From contig NW_003314262.1 in NCBI RefSeq assembly GCF_000143415.4, positions 5,862,304 to 5,926,303 of the forward strand: DNA of 64,000 nt. Reading direction: 5' to 3'. Positions 1 to 11,928 of this stretch are shown here, one piece after another. The notes beneath the pieces were generated by a model, which was not told the DNA's origin, ran no database searches, and worked only from the letters and a program-made list of their open reading frames with translations. The position numbers and the translations under genes are program-made. Every line of letters begins with the position of its first letter. Position 1 is the stretch's first letter. The DNA is from Selaginella moellendorffii (taxonomy: Eukaryota; Plantae; Lycopodiophyta).

Positions 1-1326
1 TTGCATCGCTGCCGGATTTACAGCCCGCCCAGGAGCACGACGAGTTCCTGGGAGCGATGGAGATGGCCAGATTGTAGCCCTCGAGCAGAGAGACGGAGTA
101 CCGGGCCGGGAGATTGAGCTGGGCGATGGTGGCTGGCGGAGTTCCACGCTTGGAGCAGGATATATCGCCCGAGCCACAGTCGCCTGTGTCGCAGATGAAT
201 TTGCTGGTACTGGATCCGGGTGCCTGGCGCCAGGAGCACCCCGTTCTTCCCCAAAACCGGCCCGACCAGTCACGAGGGACGAAGAGCGAGAAGGTCTCGT
301 CCGCGCTGAGCTCGGTTCCACTCGAAAATGGATTCGACACGCCCGGGTCAGTGGTCCATGCTGCCCACACGGAGAAGGAGCACGAGTTTCTCAGTCGGAT
401 CAACACGCTGCTGTCTTGGGCTCTCGATCCATGCCCTGTGTCAGAGAAGGTTCGATTTTTGGATCTACGGAAGAAGAAGAAGAAGAGACTTGCCTGCGGC
501 GAGTGCGAGGAGGAAGACAAGAGCAAAAACTCCACGACACATCTCCAACGTTGTTGATGATGACTTTGGGAATTGCTCATGCGGTTCTTATAGCAAGCGA
601 GCCTTTTGACTTGAGACAGTGATGCTGGCGGGCGCTGTTTCGAAAAGTCTTGGTCTCATTGCTGCTGATAAGATTGACAGCTGCTTCATTGAGTGTGACC
701 GATCACCAGCTTTCGACCGACAACCAGTGAAGGATTAGAATGGTCAATCCTTCATTTCTACGCAGAACCTATCTTCATAGGAGAATTATAGTAAGTTCTT
801 TCTCATTTTTCATTGTTCTCCAGGACCTCAGTTTGATCGTGTACGAGCGCAAAAGTGCTGAGGCAAGTTCAAGAGCTGATCGAACCACCATATTTAGCCC
901 ATCTCGCAGTCGGATGTAGAGTCCGAGGTCTGGGACTGGGCTTGGTGGCGTGGGCTAGTGGGATGTCGGGAATGGCATCTGTAATTCATTGCTGTCATGT
1001 CTCTGTCCATATGCTTGTCGTCAGCGCTCCAGGCGGGATGTGAACGATCTAGTAGCACACAAATGCAACCTCTACTTCATCTGTGAGAGTCAAATAGTAA
1101 ATCTACGCTCGGGCAACTTTCTCAAAAATCAAAAATCAAATATGAAGTTTATGAAATTTCTATGAAGTTTGGCCTAAACTTGAGACGTCTCATGTACTGG
1201 ACAGAACGTGGCAGTTATCTCTATATAGTTTGCTTCGCAAGGATAACCTTTCCTTGAAAGCTCTCAAGGGGCTGGACAAGCGTAGATCTGCCCGGGCAAC
1301 AGTAGTGATCCTCGTTGAGTTAAATT

Positions 1327-2150
1327 TCACTTCTGATTTAGAGTCACCTTAATCTCTAATGTCATGAAGTCGTCTGTTTTATCCTCAAGCTTTTCATGCA
1401 GGCAGTTAGTTGAGAGTCTGATATGGTCTTTGAAGAGAAGTGACCAAGAGACGTTTCTCTTGAGCTTTCTATTGAGAAATTCTTTTACAGTGCAAGAGTC
1501 GCGCTCTTGGGACAAATCATATATGTCTTTGTCAGTTGCTAGCTTGAATTCTACCATCACCGTGTATCACATGCAATAAGTATGCAAGAAAACACAGAAG
1601 CATAGATATGACAGACGACCAAAACAATGCATAGTATAATTGTTCAGCGACACAATCTCAGAATCGTCAACACGGAAAATCCTGTAACCATCTGCAAGAA
1701 AACTTATTTTTCCCTGAGATTTCAATTGGTTGCTAGCGAGTAGACAAGAAGTGCGCACGTCACTCTTACATAGCAGTGCCAGGGGCAGCGGCTCACGGAG
1801 CGCTCTCTTCAAGCCCTCGGGCTCCAGGATGGAGAAAGGGAATGGCTTCTAGCCCAAGCTTTGCTATTGTCCATCGCAGCTGCTAAAGCAAACATTCAAG
1901 AAAAGTTACAAGAGCTGAGGGCAAGGAAGATCTTGTCATCGGCCTTGCAGCGCTAGCTCAAGAGGCCCTCGTCCAAGCTCACCCATTGTAGGAATCGAGC
2001 GCTGTCGCTGACCTTGGGCGCCCTGATTCTTTATATGCAGTCGAGAAGCGTGGTGCCTGGAGCTACAGGCACGAGCTTGCAAGAAGGGTGCTGCTTCACG
2101 GCAGCTTGATCCGGCGCTAGAACTTCACCATCGCCAACCACACAGTACCG
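1327..2150 (-). pseudogene. Degenerate BTB/BACK-associated gene fragment (BACK-like segment plus POB1/LRB-like C-terminal beta domain)
   Basis: Minus-strand translation gives BACK-like 'RFLQWVSLDEGLL..KADDKIFLAL' and 'PFSILEPEGLKRAL'. These are followed by 'FLADGYRIF..MHCFG..YTVMVEFKL..DDFMTLEIKVTL', resembling the C-terminus of plant POB1/LRB proteins. ORFs 1567-1812 and 1327-1560 share a frame and are separated by one TGA, with more stops and frameshifts upstream. Similarity judged by eye. Confidence 0.4.
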
Positions 2151-2348
2151 CCACCTATTTCCTTTTTTCAACTTTATAAGGCTCTAAAGTATTCGAATAT
2201 TCTTATTCAACCTTTTCATACTAGTCAATCCTGCTGACAGTCAAATGCCATGCCACAAGGGTTTTGTGTTGCGCGATCACGGGTATGGCGCACTCGGTGA
2301 CGGCTATGGCGCATTCTCTGCGGCGCTGACGGCACTCTCGCATCGAGA

Positions 2349-5300
2349 ATGCTGCCGGGGCGATTTGGCGGCGTTGTTCTAGCGCCGGTGTCGGAGCTCC
2401 TGGCCAGGGTTCTCGTCCAGATCGCAGAGACAGTCGTGGCGGCGAAGGATGTGCTCATCGAGAAGGAGAGCTTCAGCCAATTGGCCAGGTATTTGGAGAA
2501 GATCCGGCCGCTGCTGGTGGAGCTCCAGGACAAGAATCTCGCGGACGATGTTCCTCCGCTCAGGAAATCGCTCGAGACCCTGGGCAAGGAGATGAGGAAG
2601 TCGCAGGAGCTCATCGCGCACTGCAGCTCCAAGAGCAAGATCTACTTGCTCATCAATTGCCGCTCCATCGTCAGCCAGGTCCAGGGAATCACCCAAGAGA
2701 TTGGGCGGTGCTTGAGCCTGGTGCCAATGGCGAGCATGAATCTCTCGGCCGACACGAGGCAAAATGCCATGGGTCTTCTCCAGGACATGCAAAGCGCTCA
2801 GTTCAAGGCAACTCTCGCGGGGGAGGAGATCGTGGGAATGATAGAGAATGGAGTGAGGACGCGTCGTCTTGACAGTAACTTCTCCAATGATCTGCTGCTA
2901 CAAATCGCTCACGCGGTTGGGGTTCCAGAGAATCCAGTGGCTCTTCGCCAGGAGCTCTTGCAGTTTAAGAAGGAGAAGGAGGAGATAGAACTCCACAAGG
3001 ACCAGGCAGAGGCTTATCAACTCGAGCAGATAATTGGGATCTTAAACGCGGCCGATGCCGCGACCACGGCAGCCGAGAAGGAGTCGACGTACAGGAGGAA
3101 GAAGAGTTTCGGGGGGATTCACGCTCTACCTCCACTCCAAACTTTTTGCTGTCCGATCACGCAGGAAGTCATGGAGGATCCCGTGGAGATAGCTTCTGGA
3201 CAGATCTTCGAGAGGAGTGCCATATCGAAGTGGTTCTCGGCTGGAAAGAGGACGTGTCCGACAACCAAAGTGGAGCTGGACTCGCTGGAAGTGAAGCCGA
3301 ACTTTGCTCTTCGCCAGTCCATCGAGGAGTGGAAGGAGAGGAACGTTATCATCGGTATCGGAGTTGCGCGGTCGAAAATTCTTTCGGATAACCAGGACGA
3401 CATTCACAGTGGTCTTCGTGACTTGCAGAAGCTAAGCGAAGAGAAGTCCCTGCATCGATACTGGATTGCCTCGGAGCGCCTCATTCCTGAAATTGTAAGG
3501 CTTCTCAAAGGTGGCGGACGAGATACAAGGAGAAGGGCTCTAGAAACGCTGTGCAGTCTTGCAAAGAGTGACGAGATCAAGGTACTCTACTTTTTCTTTT
3601 CTCTCTCCCTCTCCATCACTTCTGAGGACTCTCGTGTTAGTGGATCAGGAAGAAATCACGGCAGAAAGCGCCATCCCGATCATCGCTCGCTCTCTAGCTC
3701 GTGACGTCGGGGAGAGCAGGCAGGCTGTAGCACTGCTGCTAGAACTGTCGAAAATTCCTACGAGCTTGGAGCAAATAGGAAAGGCTCAAGGCTGCATTCT
3801 GCTTCTGGTGGCCATGCTGAGAAGTGAAAATTCGAGCGCGGTGGAAGATGCTCGACAGCTGCTGGCAAACTTGTCCGGCACTGACGCCAACGTTATCCAG
3901 ATGGCCGAGGCGAACCATTTCGGGCCCTTGATCTCACGTCTAGATGAAGGTGAAATGCTATGCGTTTTTTCTTGTTCTCACAGAAGTTTTGCAGGGAGTG
4001 ACGCGACAAAAATTCTCATGGCAACTGCGTTGTCGGACATGAGCTTGACGGACGAAAGTAAAGCTACGCTTGGCAAGACAGGAGCAATCCAGCCTCTGGC
4101 GAGCATGCTCTCTTCTGGTAAGCCTGAATTCCAACAGCCAGCTCTTGGAGCTCTTGCGAGCTTGTCAACGTATCCTAGCAACAGGGAGGCCATGATCGCG
4201 GCAAATGTGCTACCTCCGTTGCTCCAGCTATTGTTCTCCATTGCCTCGGTGGTGATGGCTCTCAAAGTACAGGCCGCTGCTACGATAGCCAACATTTCTT
4301 CGTGGGACGGTAGTGTAGCTGGGGACCAAGGGGACGTGGTAGACAAGTTTAGGATTCTCCAGAGTGAGGATACAGTGGCTCGACTTCTCGCGATGCTCAA
4401 GCTCACAGATCCTTCGGTGCAAGCTCACATACTATACGGACTGGTGGCAATGTGTTCGAGAAGCAGCGCCAAGACTCTCCGACTAAGTCTGAGACACGCA
4501 GGGGCCATGGAGCTGCTTATCAGCTTGTTTCTGGAAGCCGAGGATCAAGAGGTTAGAACAGGTTCCTTGAAGTTGGTGTTTTGGATCTCCAGGGATACCA
4601 CAGGCAAGGATCTGGCCTCGCACGTAGACTCTCCACGCATGGAAGCTCTAGTGAAGTTCATCACCTCTTCGCAAGACGCTGGAGCCAGCAGCGCGGCCTT
4701 GGGAATCATTGGCATTCTCCCACAGGCGGATGCTCAAGTCATGCGGCTCCTCCAACAAGCCGGGGTTTTGCCTGCCGCCATCGACGCTCTCTCCGAAGCT
4801 CTGTCCAGGATCTCGACCAAGGAACCATACAACACTCTCCTCGAGAACGCAGCGGGAGCGCTGTTACTCTTCACGAACCCCTCCAACGTCGAGGTGCAAA
4901 CGCAAGCCGCTGGAGTGATACCATCGCTGGTGAGGCTGCTAGAGATCGGGACGCCGCTAGCAAAGTCCCGGGCAGCCACAGCGCTGGGACAGTTCTCGGA
5001 GAACTCGGGCAAGCTGAGCTCCAGAGCTCCAGCTTCCAGAGGCTGCTGTAGCCTCTTCGGGCCACGCCGCGACTTGGGCTGTCCAGTTCACGGTGGCAAG
5101 TGCTCGGTGCGATCGTCATTTTGCTTGGTGGAGGCGTGGGCGATCGCGCCGCTGGTCCAGACGCTGGGTAACGAGGACGGTCTCGTTCACGAGGCTGCGC
5201 TTGGGGCCTTGACAACTTTGCTCTACGATGATACGTGGGAGAATGGAGTTCACGTCATCGCGCAAGCGCATGGCGTGAGGCCAGTGGTGCGGCTGTTGAC

Positions 5301-5505
5301 GAGCGGGAGCCCGGGGGCCAAAGAGAAGGCGGTGTGGATGCTCGAGAAGTTCTTCCGGTTTAGAGAGTACCAGGAGGAGTATGGCAGGGCGGCCCAGATG
5401 CCACTGATTGATCTCACGCAGAGAGGTAGCGCGTCGACAAGGCAGCTTGCTGCGAAAATCTTGGCTCATCTGAATGTTCTTCACGACCAGTCGTCATACT
5501 TTTGA
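2349..5505 (+). CDS. Plant U-box/ARM-repeat E3 ubiquitin ligase, PUB43/PUB44(SAUL1)-like; exons 2349-3581, 3649-3949, 3995-5505
   Basis: U-box 'FCCPITQEVMEDPVEIASGQIFERSAISKW..CPTT..PNFALRQSIEEW', long ARM region, 'CPVHGGKC..SFCLVEA' motif and 'L..LNVL.DQSSYF' end. GT-AG introns 3582-3648 and 3950-3994 join the frames. Confidence 0.93.
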
Positions 5506-7000
5506 AAAATCATCCTAGATTTCAACCTGGAATATAGGCCTTTTCAAGCCAAACAGGATCACTTACATGAACAATCCTGTTGCTCCTTGCAACGACACAC
5601 TAAAAATCACTGCTGCCTAGCCTTGTCACTAGCTTTGTTGGCGACCTTTGCTAGAACTTCTGCTAATATCTTAACCTAGGGCTGGCCACAGGTTGGACAA
5701 TTCACACAGATTAGTTGATCCTGAGCAATTCTTGCTGTGATGCACTCCTCAGACACTTGTAATCACCATTGCACCACTAAGGGCTGTTAGATGAAGAATC
5801 CTTCCAAAAACCTTTTCTTTTATTCCACTCCTTTCACTTTTACACACATGCTAGAAAATGCCTTTTCATCAACCTCCCTATATTCCACTATAACCAAAAA
5901 AAGAAGGATTATTCTTGAGTTGGCTTTGCAACAAATTCTCTCATCTTGCAGCCATGGAGGATGGCTTCAACTACTTCGCTACCAGGATCACAGTCCTGGC
6001 CACCACCCACCACTTTGGCTCCTGTGGCCGGTAACTGTGCCAGCAGATTTAGTCTTGTGCTGTCTCTGATCTGGGCTTGCAAGATGCACAATAATTCCAA
6101 GTGAGTAATGGCACACCAGGCTATTGAAGTTGTTAATAAGCATGATGGCTGGAAACAGGCAAGCTTGAATGGCTATGATGGATGGGGGTATGCCCCATCA
6201 TATAGACCACCTATATTTTTAAGATATAGAATCTATTTGGAGGATGCCACATGGCACATGGATGTCAATGGTCCTGATTTACAAATAACATGCCATACAA
6301 TGGACGGCTTGGAGACATGAACCAAGTACTTAAAGCTGGTCTAAACACGCTCAGAGACAGGCTTGCAGCATATAACATGTACAGAAATGTGTTGTGACAT
6401 GACAGACATCTTCTTGTACTACATTTTGTGTAAGGAACCAAGTCTATTAATGAATTTACTTAGCAAATGATGCTAAACACAGTTTGTATTAGTGATAATT
6501 ATAAAATTATAATTAAACATGTATTTATGCCTAATACAAATATCTATTCATATAAAATATATTTTAAAAATTTTTTAATTGGTTTTTATAATAGTGGCTA
6601 ATTAACAGCTAGCCAAATCATTCTTCACATGAGTCAATTTATTGTCCTGCCAACTCAAAAACCTAGAGCTGTTACTATATAGTCCTATATTTCCAACTCA
6701 AAGAACAGGATGAAGTGGTGTGGATGGCGCTCATCACTGGGTTGCACGGCAGATAAAATGTGTTAGATTCAGCTTTAGTGTACTTTTCTTCTTTATTTCC
6801 TTGGCTTGAGATGGTTTGGACAAAATTTTAAAGTTGGCAAAGTTAATATTATGATTCAATGCAAAGAAAACAAAGATCTAATCTCCCTAGACTATGTTAC
6901 ACCACCCAACCATCCCTGACTTTTCCTGTGGACCTTTACGAGTCTGGAAACTTCTAACACTTTTGGTCAATGCAGCATGTCTAGGGAATTCAAGTCATCA

Positions 7001-8864
7001 CTACTTGTATTCGTTGAGGACCTCATTACCTGGTGGGAGCTTAGTGGGAAGAGTGCCAATCTCGAGATATCCCAGCAACATGGCCACAACTTCACTCATT
7101 GTTGGTCGAGCTTCCTCATGTTTTTGCGTACACAGCATGGCAACACGGAGCAGTTTAGAAACCTCCTCCACCACATAGGCACTGCCCAGCCTCTTGTCAA
7201 TGCATTCGCTCATCCTGTTTGCCATGACGAGTTTCCAAGACTGCAGCCATGAAAGCATTGGTTATCGGTTCTAATTTGATCGACTTACTAGTTGAAGTAA
7301 GAGCTCCTCTTCGGCTGGCAATGCCGGATCCACGCACTTTCTGCCGCTGGCGAGCTCGAGGACGAGGATTCCGTAGCTAAAGACATTGGCTTTGGCCGTC
7401 AATCGCCCTCGAGTTGCGTACTTTGGTGCCATGTATCCACTAGAAGAATGGCGTGAGTTTTGTCCAGACTGCGGAAGGATGAGGAGATCAAACTTACAAT
7501 GTGCCGGCCACCTTTGTTCTAATGAAGCTTTTGTCCAAGTCGAAGAGCTTTGATATCCCAAAGTCGGAGATCTTTGGCTGCAGCTTGTCGTGGACATGGG
7601 ACTCCTCGTGCAAGTAAGCAAGACCACGACTATCCCAATGGCAATTTGAAAGCGTGACTGCCAGTCAACGAACGCGTTTGATCCAGAACCTGCGGATAAA
7701 GCTTATCGTTAGAAAGAATGGAGAGAAACAAGGATTATTACTGAAGAGCGCTCGGTCAAGGCTGCCTTTGTTGAGAAACTCGTAGACGAGCAGCCTTTCA
7801 TCTGCCTCAACACAATAGCCTTTGAGCCTTACAAGATTTCGGTGCTGAATTCCCGTGATAATGATGATCTTGTTCACGAACTCTCTTTTGCCTTGGTTAG
7901 ACTGCAAGGAGAGCTTCTTCACTGCTACTTGCGAGCCATTGTTTAAGGTGGCCTACAAGAAACAAGATAGTTCTAGGCGTGCAACTTCACAGAATAAAGA
8001 ACTAACCTTGTAAACAGTGCCAAATCCACCTTGTCCAAGCTTGTTCTTCTCGCTGAAGCTATCAGTGGCTAGAGACAACTCCTGGTACTTGAACACAACA
8101 GGACCTTCAATGCTTCCTGTTGTCAACGAAGCAAACCATGTCAAAAACGGGAAGAACACTCGAGAGAAAATAACACTTACTTTCGATGTCGGTATCGTCT
8201 CCACGCCTCTGGCGCCCAACCAACTTGGTATGTATCCTCCATCTCCATATGGCAAAGCCAGCAACACCCAAGAGCAAACAAAGTCCCACTGCTCCTCCCA
8301 CGAGTCCCCATGGCCAAGAAGAGGAACTGGATGCTCGAGCCGGAGGAGAAGAACTTAATGGAGGTATTGGAGCTAGCGCAGGAGCTGAAACATTCGGACC
8401 CATCACCCCCAACACACCTACAAGCACAAGCTTCTCATACGAGATGCATCTAATGATATTAGAGAAACTTACTCATTTTGACCACAGTAAAGTTGTAGTT
8501 CTCGAATCTCAAGCGGCAGCGATTGGAGGTGTCGTTGATCCAAAGCACGCCACCCACGGCAACACGAGGCGCAGCTTGTCTGATCCGACATGTTGTAGAA
8601 GCCAGTGTGGCCGTAAGCGGTGTCGGGGAAATCGCCATAGCCAAGGCATGACGCGAATCCATTGGGAGGATTCTGCTCGTAGAGGAACTGGATGACCGTC
8701 TCCACATTCTTCTGGAACTGGCTCCCTTGGGTGGTCTTGCGGGTGGCGTTATACACGACACCAGGTTTGGTGTCGCTGCTTGGCTCGTCGGGTGGAATGC
8801 CTTGCGCTGCCGAGCCATCGAGCAAGAACAGGGGGATCATCCATAGCAAGATCAAGAGTGCCAT
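7001..8864 (-). pseudogene. Cysteine-rich (DUF26) receptor-like kinase pseudogene
   Basis: Signal peptide, then a DUF26 remnant split across frames ('SCASC' then 'CRLRFENYNF'), a TM helix and kinase motifs GQGGFGTVY, AVKKL, HRNLVRL and DFG. There is a 1-nt frameshift near 7630 and the HRD catalytic loop is deleted (..EESHVH-DKLQPKISDFG). APE has become APK. Confidence 0.88.
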
Positions 8865-9145
8865 TGCCGTGCTTCACGCGGCTGAGCCAAAGAGAGTATG
8901 TCAGGTACAAAGCTGGTCAAGTCACACTCTAGCAATGTTAATATTAAAGTTTTTTAGTTAATTTAAAATAAAAAATTATATTCTAAGCAGTAAATTCTTT
9001 GATCCTTTTTCTAATTATAACGAAAGAAAATACGACTGGATAAGCATACGTGTCATATCTGCGGCTTGCTATTGGCCCAATCCGAATCTTTAGAATATGC
9101 TTCATCAATGGAGGGTTTTCTCGCGGAGCCGGTTTGTTGTTGGCT

Positions 9146-9736
9146 ATGGCAGCAGCGGCAATGGCATTCTCCTCCTCCTTCCTGCGACTTCCCAAGATTT
9201 CCGCTCCACAGCAGGTACCGCAATCGCCTCCTTCAGCTAGAAACCTCTCAGGGGTAGCAAGATCAAGCGTGGAGCATGCCAATCCCATTAGAATGATCCA
9301 GGAAGAAAAGTTGGAGAGCCCACCGTCGCTCTCGCGGAGGCAAGCGGTGTTGGCTTCCACCACCGGCATTGTGTTGGCGGGGATGATGGAGCTCCATCCC
9401 TGCGCGGCATTGGCAGACTTCATCGAGGATTACAAATCGGACACCGAGGCCGTGATTGCCAAGGTGAAGGAGACGCTGGCGCTGGAGAAGACAGATCCGG
9501 CAAAGCCCAACGCGGTGGCGAGCCTCCGGCAGAGCTCAAACTCTTGGGTCGCCAAGTACCGGAGAGAGAAGAGCGTCGCCGGGAAGCCCTCCTTCAGCAA
9601 CATGTACTCGGTGCTCAACGCCATCTCCGGGCACTACATTAGCTTCGGGCCCTCGAGCACCATCCCGGCCAAGCGCCAGCAAAGAATCCTCGAGGAAGTG
9701 AAAGACGCCGAGAAGGCGTTGAGTAGGGGACGATAG
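9146..9736 (+). CDS. PSB27: Photosystem II repair/assembly protein Psb27-H1, intronless
   Basis: Bipartite transit peptide with twin-Arg (SRRQAVL..ALA). Mature domain 'SNSWVAKYRREK..GKPSFSNMYSVLNAISGHYISFGP..IPAKR..RILEE..AEKALSRGR'. Confidence 0.95.
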   Translation: MAAAAMAFSSSFLRLPKISAPQQVPQSPPSARNLSGVARSSVEHANPIRMIQEEKLESPPSLSRRQAVLASTTGIVLAGMMELHPCAALADFIEDYKSDTEAVIAKVKETLALEKTDPAKPNAVASLRQSSNSWVAKYRREKSVAGKPSFSNMYSVLNAISGHYISFGPSSTIPAKRQQRILEEVKDAEKALSRGR

Positions 9737-9919
9737 AACAAGGCTTTGACCAATAATCAAAATCTGGCATATTCACTGAAAGATGCCATTTTGGGTGTCA
9801 TTGCAAATAGTCTGAGGTGGCAGACACCTGTACCATAAGCCGACACGTAGGCATATCACATGGGTAAAGGAGACCATGACACGTCAGTAAGTGTTAGTGT
9901 CCCAACGCTATAACCTAAT

Positions 9920-11590
9920 TTTTTGTGGCAACGGTAGCTTGCTACCTGGCTTCTCCACGTGTCGCTTTGGCCCCAAGAAGCATTTGTAGAAATTATAGAC
10001 TAATTCTGTTAATTTGACTTGCTTGTTACAATCTCTCTTTGCTATACCTTCCTGTAGATGGAATTGTTTAAAACCCTTCAAACCTTTGCAAAACACGAGC
10101 CGGGTCGGCGGCAGTCCACAGCACCGAGTCAGGCTTTGCAAGCGAATCGAATACCTAGTCTGTGCTCTGCACCGAGCGTATGAATCCAGCAGCAAGCACG
10201 CGATGATCGCGTTCTCGTCTGTGATTCCACGCCGGCATATCTCCGAGCGGGTGGTGACCATGGTGCCGCTGGCCTTGAGAACAGCCACGAAGCTCTGAGT
10301 GTCCGGCTCGTTTGATCGTCCATGACCATGAAAGCTAGCTCTTCTTCTCTACAATCTGCGAATCCTGTATGAGCGCGTTCCATGTAACCAAGTCGCGGTT
10401 CCAGCACCGGCAAAGTGTCGGCCATGCTCCCACACTTTGCATACGCGTCTACCAAAGTGTTCTTTATGAAAACATCCGCCGGTAAAGCGTGCACGGCCAT
10501 GGATTTCTCCACTGAGACTGGCTTCACCATCGGACTCCTCCAATCCCAAACTCGTACAAGCCATCGAAAGTGTGACCATCAAAGTGGAAGCTTGTGCTAC
10601 ACTCCATACTTGCACGAGCCGTTGGCCATTCTCGGAGTTCCAGGAGACGACGCTATGGAAATCCATTCTGGCGAAGACTCCCACCATGGATGCTAACCAG
10701 CGTGTTTGCAATGTAAATGCCAGAGTCGTGTCCATTGTGGCGCCTGCGTGGACGAGCCTTCCCTTTTGTAGCTCCTGCACGCTTTCTGGGAGATCACCTC
10801 AAAGCTGAGCGATTTTAGCAATGAAACGTAGAGAAGGTGAAAGAAGAGCTTTCAAAGAGGAAGGAGAAGAATAACTTACAGAAAAATTGCATTCTAGCCT
10901 TGCTTGAACAACTTGAGAACGCATTTTCGCATCGCCGGTCAAGTTTGTATTGAGTTCGATGATATCAGAGCGAACTTAACACTATTGTGAAAAACAATTC
11001 TTATCGACCCTACTAACTTGTTTTCTCTTGCGCGGCTAGGCTCAGGATCTAGCACGAAAATAAAAAGCCTGCAAAGATTAAACAGCCACGAAGTTTCCAA
11101 TTCGAGTATGGCTCTCTATTCCAAGCGAGACATCGAGACGAAGCTAAGAGCCATCTCCCATGCGACTCTGGAAATCCAGTTTAGAAGAATAAACCACTTC
11201 TAGAGTTGGACTCTTACTGCCGATAACTGAAGGGAAAGATCAGAGGACGTCAATCTTTTATAGAACGACGTCACATCGTTTTGTTCATCAGGCTCAAGAA
11301 CTGACACAAAGTTCTTCCAAGAAAACGGGAAGATTGAGCTTGTGTTAAAGAAAAGTTCACACTTTCACCTGTTTATAGATCCAATCGGGCGAAACAAGCT
11401 GTGATATAAGCGCAGTGACACCTCCCGGATAAACTTGTGTGTAAGCAAGTCCTACCGTCTCTCCCAAAGAACCACCATCTTTCGAAAAGAAAAAACAAAG
11501 AACGAACACGTTGAAATTGTTTTAGGAGGTCCAGGAGCTGGATGCACGCGAACACACGCACAGTTCTTCGATCTCAAGCACTATCGTGTG
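9920..11590. pseudogene. Rearranged, deletion-riddled duplicate of the adjacent PPR + proline iminopeptidase locus
   Basis: ~9920-9990 matches 11785-11860 (direct). ~10030-10092 matches 14200-14290 (direct). ~10093-10812 matches PPR 11940-13260 inverted (e.g. VKPVSVEKSMAVHAL, KNTLVDAYAKCGSMAD). ~10814-11515 matches PIP 14530-15445 (direct). ~11520-11590 matches PIP 15545-15620 inverted (VLGGPGAGCTRTHAQFFD now on +). Confidence 0.9.
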
Positions 11591-11928
11591 ACCCTACTAA
11601 AAAATTTAAATTCTAAACTCTCAACACATGCTATTCCCTTGATTTACGGGAAGAGATCCAAACGGAATTGATTCCAATCTCTTAGATGGTAATATTGGCA
11701 AATTTATAGACTTGTTTGATTGTTTTGATTGATATAAAAAAGTGGTATTTCGATTGATGATATGTGGACTACGTTACTGTCTAATTTTTTGGCTACCCGG
11801 CCTTCCACGTGTCATTTTGGCCTACCCCGTTTAAAGTTTAATTCTAAGAAGCATAGTTGTTGATTTAGGGTTTATGGGCAATTTTCTTAGGGTAGTGGTG
11901 GTTCATGGGCGATCCTGGCTCAACATGA

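Noticed and set aside
1-620. GC-rich ORFs 114-557, 328-609 and 416-622
   Set aside because: Coding-like but with no motif I can recognise. The region is truncated by the window edge and frames are interrupted, so no product can be supported.
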